DNA of 64,000 bases from Squalus acanthias (taxonomy: Eukaryota): assembly GCA_030390025.1 (NCBI GenBank), contig CM059451.1, positions 3,782,001 to 3,846,000 of the forward strand. Reading direction: 5' to 3'. The position numbers were made by a program, and so were the translations under genes. Numbering within the stretch: the first letter of the stretch is position 1; each line of letters opens with the position of its first letter. Positions 1-12,408 of this stretch are shown here, one piece after another. Under the pieces are notes generated by a model. That model was not told the DNA's origin. It searched no databases and worked only from the letters and a program-made list of their open reading frames with translations.

Positions 1-324
1 GGGAGCCAGGAGGCAATATTGCCTGCTCAATCTGCCACAACACCCTACAGAACAGTTATAGGCACCACCCAGCCCAATTATTGGTACAGTACATTGCGCT
101 ATTCAAGTCACAACTCAAATTCCAGTCAAAAACTGAAGACTATTAATCCTTCTGCCAATCAGCTTTCAAAAGAGGAATGAAGAGACCTGGGCAAAACCCC
201 AGAGTGCTTCCCCTTGGTGCCATCCTGTGATGAAAACTCAAAAACCATCAAGAGCTGATTTGTCAAATTACTGCGATGCATTTATGAACTGAGGTCATTT
301 CTTGAGGGAGGGATGATTATTTAT

Positions 325-710
325 ATAGCATTTGCATTCAGGACACTCCAAGCATAAGTGCTTTGAAGTGTAGCCACCTAAGTCAGGCAAATACAACAGC
401 TCATTTGCTCACAGCAAGGTCTCAAAACAACAATGTTATAAATTACTAGTTAATCTGTTCTGGAGGAGTTAGTCAAAGGATTTAGTGAAGACACAGAACA
501 CCCTGCTCCTTGAATAATATCATGGGATTTTTACATCCACCTGAACACAGAAGGGGGAAGTGCCTTAGTTTAACATCTCATCTAGTCAGCACTTCAGACA
601 GTGCAGCACACCTTCAGTACTGCACAGAAGTGTCAGCATAGATTATGTGAAGTCACTGGAGTGGAGACTGAACTCACATTTGACTTAAAAGGCAAAGCTA
701 AACCAACACT
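325..710 (-). mobile_element. Degenerate SacSINE1/DeuSINE-like SINE
   Basis: Diverged match to the intact copies elsewhere in the window (cagtgcagcacaccttcagtactgcac...gtcagcatagatt...ggagtgg). Confidence 0.6.
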
Positions 711-844
711 TTTTCCATGAGTTATGCAGTCAAATTTCCCATGGTTACCCACATTTAGGACAGAATTTACATTAGCCCAAGGCCATTCACGAGTGAATCA
801 GCCAGTTTCATTCCTCCAGTATCTAGGCAGGTAGGCAGATCCTG

Positions 845-1030
845 GCCAACATCATTAAGAGATTATTTGGTCATGATCACATTGCTGTTTGTGGGAGCTT
901 GCTGTGCACAAATTGGCTGCCAAGTTTGCTACATTACAACAGTGACTAGACTTCAAAAAAGGACTTCATTGGCTGTAAAGTGCTTTGGGACATCCAGAGA
1001 TCATGAAAGGCGATAGAAATGAAAGTCTTT
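845..1030 (+). mobile_element. 3' half of SacSINE1/DeuSINE-like SINE
   Basis: cacattgctgtttgtgggagcttgctgtgcacaaattggctgc...aaggcgatagaaatgaaagtc tail. Confidence 0.75.
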
Positions 1031-3440
1031 CCTTTTTATTCCCCCCTGCAGATAGTGAGCAGGGTGGAAAAATGGCTCCAACCAAGAAAAACCTTTAAGT
1101 CAGTGCATTCCCTTCTATTTGCATACCAACAAAAGCCATTTTAGTGATAGCTGGGCCACCATGGGGTGTACCTTTAAGATACTAGCAACAGTCAATGGAA
1201 ACTGACATTCAAATTCACCAATGTTCTGATAGCTACAATGAGGGAAGATAAAATTACCTTTAATGCAATGCAGAAACTGGGCAGTTAGTCCTGACTGTTG
1301 GGAGTGCTGGCAAAGCCCCTCAGTAAGATGAGACTACCCACAATCAGTGCTGGAAACACCCCTTTCTAATGAGCTTTACCTGCTGCAAGCTCATCGAAAT
1401 TACCCCAACAGGCCACAAAAGGTTGGGAAGCAGCAGTAACGGACACCACTGCAAGCAGAGTTGCTTTTCCCTTCTACAGTCAAGATTTCTAACCCACCAC
1501 TAGTCAGCCTCTCCATGTTCAAAATTAACCCCTGTATGCCAGGAAAATTAATACAAGGCAGAGCTGCCATAGGGAATATCTGGATAGTGTCCCCCTTCAC
1601 TAACCTCTTTCATGTCTACATACCCAAACCAGTCTTCTGCCTTCCACCCCCTTTCTTCACCCATTCATTGCAGCCCTTGCCTTCAGCAGGCTCAGTACCA
1701 TGATTTGCCTCCTCCCAGAAGCCAGTGATGGACTTGTGGGGGCCCCTACCCCACACACCGGGTCCATTTGTGGCCCAATGAAGTCAAAATCATAAAATGC
1801 ATCACTGGACCCACTTGGGTGCAAATGCATGGGTTGCACTAGTCCAAACACTGCCCCTGCCTAAACCCCTCTGCCTCCCTTTCCTTCAAGGCCCTTAAAA
1901 CCCACCTCAAAGAGGAATTGGAGGAGGCCATTCAGCCCCTCGAGCCTGTGCCACCATTCAATTAAGTCATGGCTGATCTTTATCCTAACTCCATATCCCT
2001 TACTGAACAAAAATACATTTTCAATTGACCCCAGCATCAGCTTGGGGGGGGGGGGGGAATTCCAGATTTCCATTACCCTTTGATGTATAAACTTGCCATT
2101 TAGTCCAAACTGTGGGAATGTTGGAAAAGCTGAAGTGCCTTGGGTATGGGGCATTTTTTTTTAAACTATAAAGTTAAATGGGTACTTCACCCATGCAAGT
2201 TGTTTTTATTCAGACATCCTGGAGCACATACACCTGTTGTAGACTTTACTGTCCTGTCAGTGAAATAATGGGTACTTTGAAATGATTGTGGGAAATGTAA
2301 ACTTTTTCCAAAAGGTTCTGAACCAACTTAAACAGAACTGAAGTTTAAACAATAAGCCAGCATCTGAATCTTCAGATTAAATTACTTCATTCTAATCATT
2401 CCTTAGCAAGGTTCAATTTACAATGAGAAGATGTACTTGACTTAGCAATACTAACACTATTAGCATCCACAGTATTTTGCTTTTGTACTGTCCACACCAG
2501 CTGTGCAAGGGCACTCAGTACAAGACTGATAATTGGAGTCACTGCAGCAAGTTTTACAATTACTGGGATATTATGTCAGTGAGCTCAGTACTGCAAAAAT
2601 GGTGTTAATGGGTAGCTATTTTGCAGTGTACTTTGCCCCAAGCGTACACATTTAAACCAGTGACCAGAGAATTGCATCGCTACAGTAAGAGAGTCACCAG
2701 ATTAAGTCAGGAGGAATTTGCTCCATCCAACATGATGATCTTGGGCAATCAATGACACATTTAAAACATGGGGCAAGAGAAACATTTTAAAACCACACTT
2801 GTGTCAGTAAGTTCAGCATTATTGCACAAAAACCTGGCAGCTTTAATCTAGGTCTGATCAATTGACATGCATTACATCCACTACTAATTGATACAGGGTG
2901 GTGGGGGAGGTGGAGAGAAAAATCACTGCCTGGATTTTTTTTCTTCCATCCCTCTAACCTTTGCTCATCTCCGAGGCTGCAATTGAAAGCTGGATTTTAA
3001 AATTGTTGAAAGAATAATGATTTTGCCAAGTAATTTTATTCACTTAGCCATTCTATTCTCATCCACTTTTAACTGTTCCATTGTTGGCTTCTTGCCAGAC
3101 TTGATGCAATGCAAACACATGCTATTACAGTACTGTAAGAACACCCAGTTGTTAGTGTTATCCATTTGCTTCATTGATTTATACAGTGCTGCACAACAAA
3201 TGGTGCTATACACCAACCTGTTCCACTCTGGAAATTCAGCATCAAAAGTTACTGTCACCTTTATCAGCAGGAACCACTTTTAGAAGAAGTGACATTCCAT
3301 TACTGATACTGTTTCAGCCAGTTTGTTGCCAGAGGTTGTGTGCACCACTAAAACATGGCAAGTTAGAAACAGCACACCTAAATGTCAGCAATTGCCAAAA
3401 AGGTGTTCAGCCCTAGCACCTGATGGTAAAAAAAATTCAA

Positions 3441-3540
3441 ATCTCACTGACGAAGGGTCATCGACCTGAAACATTTAACTCTCTCCAAAGATGCTGCCTG
3501 ACCTGCTGAGTGTTTCCAGCATTTTCAGTTTTTATTTCAA
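3441..3540 (+). mobile_element. Penelope-like terminal fragment with degenerate minimal hammerhead core
   Basis: CTGACGA (3447)-agggtc-atc-gacct-GAAAC followed by gatgctgcctgacctgctgag; same family as 42417-42897. Confidence 0.65.
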
Positions 3541-5124
3541 ACTTTACTGAATTGGTTACTAGGTGGATGTAGAGAGAGCTCAACACTGACGACAAAGACT
3601 TAACATATCAGCTTTAACGAGGCAGTAGAACACCTACATGAATAAATCCAGACATTTGCTATTCATTTAACTTATTCATTTAATAGGGACAGTCATCATT
3701 GGAAAGATTAGAAAGGGGATTTGTGCATGGAGATTAAACATTTTATTCCTTTGTCAGCTATCTAATTAAATGGGCTTGACTGTATATACTTCATTATAAA
3801 TCTTCATCTGTCTTTGGAAAACAGTTTCCACAAACAGCACATTAGAAAAAAAATTAATGGAATTGAAACAAAGAAAGTGAATGCAATCACTGCTCACTGC
3901 AAGTCAGATACAGGCAGTGAGTCTTCCCTTCCTCCCCCACTCACACTGCTAAACCCATCAGCTATGTGGTGATGTTTGAGCTATGCTGTGTTTCTAAATT
4001 CTATTTGGTAGCTCTGGGAGGTCACTGTTCATGGCAATATCAAATGGAGGGTCTCTAGATTTGTGGAACAGCCTCTTAATTTGAAGACGGTTTATCTTAT
4101 CGAACAAGGCCTTGATGTTTGCATTCAGTGCACCTTAACGAGGTGCAGACTAGTGAGTGAGCACAGCATGGGATGTCCACCCAAAATAAGTATGACACTG
4201 AAGACACCATGAGTTACAACTTTGAAACTGACATTAATGCAAATATCTAAGCAACTGCCAGTTTTAGACATGGATGTTTTACATGGTGGAGACTGTACTT
4301 GGAAAGTCTCATCTCTCCTACAGTCATCCTCCTTGATGGGGACCCACATCATTCTCAGAAATTGGAGAATCTCAGGTTAAAAAACATTGCAAGAGTCCAT
4401 TCTTATAACAGGGTGGCAGGGAAGAACAGCTCCCGAGTGGGAACAAGCACAACTGCTACTACCTCAGCATCCCAGTTTGCCATGCAAGAGTAAAACACCC
4501 AAGCTGCCACATCATACAGCCCTAGTGCATCAAGTGAGGTGGTTTTTTTAAATCTAATTTTGTCTGGGGGAAATGTTTTTAAATCTAGTCCCAATTGCAA
4601 GGATCAGAAACATTGAATGATGGGCATGTAAAATGGTGGCACTATGCCCACATGGGCTGAGTGCCCCACACTATACAACACTTTGGGAAAAGTACCAATT
4701 GTTTTAGGTAATGACAGCAATTTGAGCTATGCATGAAGATTGTGCAAGAAACTGGTACCACATTCAGCACAGGAAAGGAAATACATGGGCGCAATTCAAT
4801 AAAGTCCTAGATTTTAAACACATTTGGCATTGGTACAGCACAATGAGAAACAGAACTGCAAACCACCAATAATTGGAAGTTTAGAATCAGTAATGAGCTC
4901 ACCTGGAAGAGGTGGGCACCAGTGCTGCACACTTGATAGTTAGAAATAACTCAATTGACCTGCTCCAAATGCCTCAGCCTGTTTAAGCTTAGTTTCACCA
5001 ACAGTCACTTCTTGCTGCAGTGTAATTGGGGCATTAAACTTTGAATGCTAAAAATTGTATTTTGCACTGTTTTTGGGACCAACACCACAATCCCATTCCT
5101 GCAACTATCCTGTTACACAAAATA

Positions 5125-5740
5125 ATAGGAGCAGGAGTAGGCCATACAGCCCCTCGTGCCTGCTCCACCATTATCAAGGCTGATCTTCAATCTCAACTCC
5201 ACTTTCCTGCTTGAGCCCCATATCTCTTGATTACCTTAGTGCTCAAAAATTTATGCATCTCGGTCAGTCTTGAATATACTCAACGACTCAGTATCCACAG
5301 CCCTCTGGGTTAGAGAATTCCAAAGATTCACAACCTTCTGACTGAAGAAATTTCTCATCAGTCCTAAATGGCCAACCCCATATCCTGAGATTATGCCTAG
5401 TTCTAGACTGTTCAACCAGGGGGAACAGCTTCTCAGCATCTGTCATGTCAAGCCATCTCAAACTGATGTCAATTAGATCACCTCATTCTTTTAAACTCCA
5501 GATAATATCAGCTCATTAAACACTTAATAGGGCAACACTCACCCCAGGAATCAATCTCATGAACCTTCCTTGCACCCCTCCAACACAAGTATACCCTTCT
5601 TCAGGTAAGGAGGCCAAAACTGTGCACCAGTACTCCAGGTGTGGTCACACCAGAGCCTTGTACAATTCCAGCAAGACTTCATACTATTATACTCCAACCC
5701 CCTTGACACCCATCACCAAAATACTGTTCACAAAATTGCA
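5125..5740 (-). mobile_element. CR1 LINE 3' fragment
   Basis: ORF remnant MRNFFSQKVVNLWNSL and CR1 tail (aggagcaggagtaggcc). Confidence 0.8.
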
Positions 5741-6675
5741 TTCAAACAGTTGCTATTTTCCCATATCCAGAGGGCAAAAAACATGTTGAACTAGTCTAGG
5801 ATAAGCAATGTATAGGTAGCATTTATAAAAATTAAGCCACAGGCCATCAAGAAGGGCTTGTGGCAGGCAAAGAGGATTATCACACCTAAAATATGCTCAG
5901 CAAATCACAAGATTACAAAGCAGAGCCCCAAATACTTAGGGAAGAGGGCATGCAAAAAGTGAACATCTACTACATCAACACATTAATACAATGTTTCTTA
6001 TGAAAGCATTCTCTAATTTAAAAGTACCTGACTATTTTTGTCTAGACAAGTAATTACTGCAGCTCCTCAATAAGTTGGTCTATAGAAAAACAGACAAGCT
6101 CTAAAAATCACACTGGACCCTAGTGAATGGCTGATGAGATGGGTGTGGTTAATTGCCAGATCACATCCTCTAGACAGCTGGTAATGCACCTTGGATCACC
6201 AGGCCATTGCCACAATGAATCGATATACTCCTACTCTTTCCCCTCAGGTGAAACCCAAAGCTCCAGAAACATTAAGACATTAAAGGTTCCCCTTTTTTTT
6301 TAAAAAAAGAGAGTTAATTCAGTGCACCAAAACACACCATCTAAACTGTGGGGGCAGTCTTGTACCAAATATCACAGAATATGCAGTTACCAAAATTCCC
6401 CAATACCAGAAAACCACATCAACCTTATGACAAGACACATTGATTTATGCGCATCCACATAATTAAATCCCATCGCCACTCCCCACACACACACCAGAGA
6501 TTTTAATTTCAGGATCACATTTCCTGCATTATAATTTGAAATTATACATTTTAATGCAGAGGTTCCAATTTCATTACCACATTCCCAGCAATAAATTGGA
6601 ATTAGTAAAAGGGAACACTTTAATAAAATGGCATTAAGTGAGTTTGCAGCACCTGTTCGGGCCCCCAGTACTTAC

Positions 6676-6698
6676 TATTCAGGATTCATGGCTGACAT
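6676..6698 (-). CDS. RAB1A: Ras-related protein Rab-1, coding part of exon 1 (MSAMNPEY, split Tyr codon); RAB1A-type N-terminus, paralog identity not resolvable from 23 nt
   Basis: Minus strand reads ATG TCA GCC ATG AAT CCT GAA TA|gtaagt: 23 coding nt then a perfect donor, matching vertebrate RAB1A exon 1 (MSSMNPEY); lies at the edge of a CpG island. Confidence 0.85.
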
Positions 6699-7133
6699 TT
6701 CTCTCTCTCACACAGAGAGCGGGGGAGAAAGCTTCTAGTTCCAGGGGTTGAGGGGCTGTGCTGGGTGCCGGCAGGGCGGGCTGCGCCTCTCTGGCCGGGC
6801 TGCACTGAAGGAGGTGGGGTAGGGGGGGGGAAACACACGGAGCTTCGAGCTGAGCGGATCTGAAGCGACTTGTCCCCTGCCCAAGATGGCGGCTGCTGCT
6901 GGCTCGCTGATTGACTGACTGCCTGCTGGGCCACCCTGCCTGCGCGCTCAGCTTTAGTCCCAACCCGCCGCCTGACGGGCAGCGCCGCCGCCCAATCGCC
7001 TCGCCCGCCGCCGGCCCCCTCCGCGCCCAGCCTGGCCAATCGGATCGCGCCGCGGATAGGGGGGGCGGGACCGCTGACGTCATGCTTGAACGTGGCAGAG
7101 CGATCACGAGGGCGGGGGAGTCACGTGGCCCAG
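6699..7133 (-). promoter_or_regulatory. CpG-island promoter and 5'UTR of RAB1
   Basis: GC/CpG rich; YY1 motif AAGATGGCGGC (~6883), CCAAT boxes (~6992, ~7036), GC boxes (~6964, ~7062, ~7110), CRE TGACGTCA 7075-7082, E-box CACGTG 7122-7127. Confidence 0.85.
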
Positions 7134-7189
7134 CCCTTAAAGTGTCAAGCCCCTTAAAGCGGAATGTCTCTTAAAGTTGAATGCTCCTT
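7134..7189. repeat. Three diverged units of the 17-bp CTTAAAGCGGAATGCCY satellite (left remnant)
   Basis: cccttaaagtgtcaagccccttaaagcggaatgtctcttaaagttgaatgctcctta. Confidence 0.8.
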
Positions 7190-7225
7190 AGAACATAAGA
7201 AATAAGAGCAGGAGTAGGCCATTAA

Positions 7226-7560
7226 GGGCAACACGGTGGCATAGTGGTTAGCACTGGTGCCTCACAGCGCCAGGGACCCGGGTTCGAATCTGGCCTCGGG
7301 TGACTGTCTGTGTGGAGTTTGCACATTCTCCCCGTGTCTGCGTGGGTTTCCTCCGGGTGCTCCGGTTTCCTCCCACAGTCCAAAAATGTGCGGGTTAGGT
7401 TGATTTGGCTATGATAAATTGACCCTTAGTGTTAGGGGGGGATTAAATATGTGGGGTTACGGGGATAGGATAGGAAGGGATATGTTAGGGGGAATTAAAT
7501 ACGTGGGGTTACGGGGATAGGGTGGGATATGTGTCGGTGCAGGCTCGATGGGGATTCTGT
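7226..7560 (+). mobile_element. HE1/V-SINE-like tRNA-derived SINE
   Basis: A box TGGCATAGTGG, B box GGTTCGAATC, V-domain gtgtggagtttgcacattctccccgtgtctgcgtgggtttcctccgggtgctccggtttcctcccacagtccaaa; second copy at 54999. Confidence 0.9.
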
Positions 7561-7716
7561 GTGAGAAAGCAGGGACAGGGTACTGGATTTGGATGATCAG
7601 CCATGATTGTATTGAATGGTGGAGCAGGCTCGACGGGCCGAATGGCCTACTCCTGCTCCTAGTTTCTGTGTTTCTATTTGGCCCTTCGAGCCTGCTCCAC
7701 CATTCAATAAGATCAT

Positions 7717-8006
7717 AAATGAGAAGTCGCACAAAACCAGGTTATAGTCCAACAGTTTTATTTGAAATCACGAGCTTTTGGAGCGCTGCTCCTTCGTCAG
7801 GTAAAGTGAAGGAATACAAATCAGCAAAGCATATATAGACAGAGAACAATGTCTATATATGCTTTGCTGATTTGTATTCCTTCACTTTACCTGACGAAGG
7901 AGCAGCGCTCTGAAAGCTCGTGATTTCAAATAAAACTGTTGGACTATAACCTGGTGTTGTGTGACTTCTCATTTTTGTCCACCCCAGTCCAACACCGGCA
8001 TCTCCG
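7717..8006. mobile_element. Penelope-like element reduced to an inverted terminal-repeat palindrome with hammerhead motif
   Basis: Arms 7717-7841 and 7850-7974 are near-perfect reverse complements around an 8-nt spacer; 12-bp TSD caataagatcat (7705-7716, 8007-8018); CTGACGA..GAAA at 7891-7915. Confidence 0.9.
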
Positions 8007-9835
8007 CAATAAGATCATGGCTGATCTTCTACCTCAACTCCACTGTCCCGCCCGATCCCCATATCCCTTGATTCCCTTAATATCCAAAAATCTATCGATC
8101 TCTGTCTTGAAAATACTCAACGACTGAGCCTCCACAGCCCCCTGGGGTAGAGAATTCCAAAGATTCACCACCCTCTGAGTGAAGATATTTCTCTTCATCT
8201 CAGTCCTAAATGGCCGACCCCTTATTCTGAGACTGTGACCCCTGGTTCTAGACTCCCCAGCCAGGGAAACATCCTCCCTACATCAACCCTGTCAAGCCCT
8301 GTAAGAATTTTGTATGTTTCAATGAGATCACCCCTCATTCTTCTAAACTCAAGAGAATATAGGCCTAGTCTACTCAATCTGTCCTCATAGGACAATTCCC
8401 CCATCCCAGGAATCAGTCTGGTGAACCTTCGTTACACTCCCTCTATGGCAAGTATATCCTTCCTTAGGTAAGGAGACCAAAACTGTACACAATACTCCAG
8501 GTGTGGTCTCACCAGGGCCCTATATAATTACAGTAAGACGTCTTTACTCTTATACTCAAATCCTCTTGTAATAAAGACCAACTTACCATTTGCTTTCCTA
8601 ATTGCTTGCTGTACCTGCATGTAACTTTCAGTGATTTCATGTACAAGGACACCCAGGTCCCTCTGAACACCAACATTTCCCAATCTCTCACATTTAAAAA
8701 ATACTCTGCATTTCTATTTTTCCTACCAAAGTGGATAACTTCACATTTCTCCACATTATATTCCATTTGCCATGTTCTTGCCCACTCACTTAGCTTGTCT
8801 ATATCCCCTTGAAGCCTCCTTGCATCCTCCTCACAACTTACATTCCCACCCACCTTTGTATCATCAGCAAACTTGAATATATTACATTTGGTTCCCTCAT
8901 CCAAATCATTGATGTAGATTGTGAATAGCTGAGGCCCAAGCACTGATCCTTGTGGTACCCCACTAGTTACAGCCTGCCAACCCGAAAATGACCTTTTTTT
9001 TTACTAATACTAATTTCTTTCAGTTCCTAATTCTCGCTCGAGCCTTGGTTCTCCACTATTTCCAGGAAGTTTTTTGTGTCTTCTTCTGTGAAGACAGACA
9101 CAAAGTATTTGTTTAATTTCTCTGCCAATTCCTTATTCCGCATTATAACTTCTCCTGTCTCAGCCTGTAAGGGACCCACGTTTACTATCGCTAATCTTTT
9201 CCTTTTTACATACCTATAGAAGCTTTTGCAGTCTGTTTTTATGTCTCTTGCTAGTTTACTCTCATATCCTATTTTCCCTTTCTTTATCAATTTCTTGGTC
9301 CTCCTTTGCTGAATTCTAAAATCCTCCCAATCCTCAGGCTTACACTCTTTTTGACAACATTATAAGCTTCTTCCTTTGATCTAATACTATCTTTAACTTC
9401 TCTTGTTAGCCATGGTTGGACCACTTTTCCTGTGGGGTTTTTGTGCCTTAAAGGAATGTATATTTGTTGTAAATTATGTATTAATTTTTTTAATGCTAGC
9501 CATTGCTTGTCTACCATCATACCTTTTAACATAGTTTCCCAATCTACCTTAGCCAACTCGCCCCTCATACCTACGTAGTTTGCATTGTTTAGATTTAAGA
9601 CCCTAGTTTTGGATTTAACTAAATCACTTTCAAACTGAATATAAAATTCTATCATATTATGGTCACTCTTCCCTAAAGGCCCCTTTACTACAAGGTTATT
9701 AATTAACCCTTTCTCATTGCACAATACCAGATCTAAAATAGCCTGTTCCCTAGTTGGTTCCTCAACATACTGATCTAGAAAACTACCTTGCATACATTCC
9801 ATGAATTCGTCCTCCACACTATTACTGCAAATTTG

Positions 9836-12408
9836 GAATGCCCCTTAAAGCGAATGCCTCGTAAAGCGATAGCCTCTTAAAGCGGAATGCCCCATAAAGC
9901 AGAATGCCTCTTAAAGCGGAATGCCACTTAAAGCAGAATGCCTCTTATGCCTCTTAAAGCGGAATGCCCCTTAAAGCAGAATGCCCCTTATGCCTCTTAA
10001 AGCAGAATGCCCCTTAAAGCGGCATGCCTCTTAAAGTGGAATGCCCTTTAATGCAGAATGCCTCTTAAAGCGAATGCCCCTTAAAGCAGAATGCCTCTTA
10101 TGCCTCTTAAAGCAGAATGCCTCTTAAAGTGGAATGCCCTTTAATGCAGAATGCCTCTTAAAGCGAATGCCCCTTAAAGCGGAATGCCCCTTATGATTTT
10201 AAGCGGAATGCCTCTTAAAGCGAATGCCTCTTAAAGCGGAATGCCCCTTAAAGCAGAATGCCTCTTAAAGCGGAATGCCCCTTAAAGCGGAATGCCTCTT
10301 ATGCCTCTTAAAGCAGAATGCCCCTTAAAGCAGAATGCCCCTTAAAGTGGAATGCCCCTTAAAGCGGAATGCCTCTTATGCCTCTTAAAGCGGAATGCCT
10401 CTTAAAGCGGAATGCCCCTTAAAGCAGAATGCCCCTTAAAGCGGAATGCCCCTTAAAGCGGAATGCCTCTTATGCCTCTTAAAGCGGAAAGCCCTTAAAG
10501 CGGAATGCCTCTTAAAGCAGAATGCCTCTAAAAGCGGAATGCCTCTGAAAGCGGAATGCCCCTTAAAGCGGAATGCCTCTTAAAGCAGAATGCCCCTTAA
10601 AGCGGAATGCCTCTTAAGGCGGAATGCCCCTTAAAGTGGAATGCCCCTTAAAGCAGAATGCCTCTTATGCCTCTTAATGCGGAATGCCCCTTAAAGCGGA
10701 ATGCCCCTCAAAGCGGAATGCCTCTTATGCCTCTTAAAGCGGAATGCCTCTTAAAGCGAATGCCTCTTAAAGTGGAATGTCTCTTATGCCTTTTACAGCG
10801 GAATGCCCCTTAAAGCGGAATGCCTCTGAAAGCGGAATGCCTCTTAAAGCGGAATGCCTCTTAAAGCGGAATGTCTCTTATGTCTCTTAAAGCGGAATGC
10901 CTCTTAAAGCGGAATGCCTCTTATGCCTCTTAAAGCGGAATGCCTCTTAAAGCGAATGCCTCTTAAAGCAGAATGCCCCTTAAAGCGGAATGCCCCTTAA
11001 AGCGGAATGCCACTTAAAGCGGAATGCCCCTTAAAGCGGAATGTCTCTTAAAGCGAATGCCTCTTAAAGCGGAATGCCTCTTAAAGCGGAATGCCTCTTA
11101 AAGCGGAATGCCCCTTAAAGCGGAATGCCACTTAAAGCGGAATGCCTCTTAAAGCGGAATGTCCCTTAAAGCGGAATGCCCCTTAAAGAGGAATGCCTCT
11201 TAAAGCGGAATGCCCCTTAAAGCGGAATGTCTCTTAAAGCAGAATGTCTCTTAAAGCGAATGCCTCTTAAAGCGGAATGCCTCTTAAAGCTGAATGTCCC
11301 TTAAAGCGGAATGCCCTTTAAAGTGGAATGCCTGTTATGCCTCTTAAAGCGGAATGCCCCTTAAAGCGGAATGCATCTTAAAGCGGAATGCCCCTTAAAG
11401 CGGAATGCCTCTTAAAGCAGAATGTCTCTTAAAGCGAATGCCTCTTAAAGCGGAATGCCTCTTAAAGCTGAATGTCCCTTAAAGCGGAATGCCCTTTAAA
11501 GTGGAATGCCTGTTATGCCTCTTAAAGCGGAATGCCCCTTAAAGCGGAATGCCTCTTAAAGCGGAATGCTTCTTAAAGTGGAATGCCTCTTAAAACGGAA
11601 TGCCACTTAACGCGGAATGCCTCTTAAAGCAGAATGCCCCTTAAAGTGGAATGCCTCTTATGCCTCTTAAAGCGGAATGCTTCTAAAAGCGGAATGCCTC
11701 TTAAAGCGAATGTCACTTAAAGCAGAATGCCCCTTAAAGCGGAATGCCTCTTATGTCTCTTAAAACGGAATGCCTCTTAAAGCGAATGCCTCTTAAAGCG
11801 GAATGCCTCTTAAAGTGGAATGCCTCTTAAAGCGGAATGCCTCTTAAAGCGGAATGCCTCTTAAAGCAGAATGCCCCTTAAAGCGTAATGCCCCTTAAAG
11901 TGGAATGCCTCTTAAAGCGGAATGCCTCTTAAAGTGGAATGCCTCTGAAAGCAGAATGCCCCTTAAAGCGTAATACCCCTTAAAGTGGAATGCCTCTTAA
12001 AGCGGGATGCCCCTTAAAGCGGAATGCCCCTTAAAGTGGAATGCCTCTTATGCCTCTTAAAGCGGAATGCCTCTTAAAGCGGAATGCCTCTTATGCCTCT
12101 TAAAGCGGAATGCCCCTTAAAGCGGAATGCTTCTTAAAGCAGAATGTCTCTTAAAGCGAATGCCTCGTAAAGCGGAATGCCTCTTATGCATCTTAAAGCG
12201 GAATGCCCCTTAAAGCGAATGCCTCTTAAAGCAGAATGCCTCTTTTGCCTCTTAAAGCGAATGCCTCTTAAAGCGAATGCCTCTTAAAGTGGAATGCCTC
12301 TTATGGCTCTTAAAGCGGAATGCCCCTTAAAGCAGAATGCCTATTAAAGTGGCATGCCCCTTAAAGCGGAATGCCTCTTATGCCTCTTAAAGCGGAATGC
12401 CTCTTAAA
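9836..12408. repeat. 17-bp minisatellite (CTTAAAGCGGAATGCCY)n, ~150 units with 16-bp and 9-bp variants
   Basis: Directly visible tandem array of ~2.57 kb. Confidence 0.97.

Larger units (their letters stand above)
7190..9835 (-). mobile_element. 5'-truncated CR1 LINE (ORF2 endonuclease end and RT remnants, internal deletion near 8995) with nested SINE and Penelope hairpin
   Basis: Fragments QYVEEPTREQAILDLVL, LGPQLFTIYINDLD..KFADDTK, LYSLEFRRMRGDLIETYKI; 3' tail agaacataagaaataagagcaggagtaggcc. Confidence 0.9.

Noticed and set aside
130-200. Possible RAB1 exon 2 (LIG-like codons on the minus strand)
   Set aside because: In-frame stop and no GDSGVGKS; exon 2 was not found in 1-6675 and probably lies left of the window
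3040-3258. 72-aa minus-strand ORF in RAB1 intron 1
   Set aside because: No recognisable domain or convincing splice sites
7226-7300. tRNA gene (also 54999 and the SacSINE-like heads)
   Set aside because: A/B boxes run straight into SINE bodies; these are tRNA-derived heads, not tRNAs
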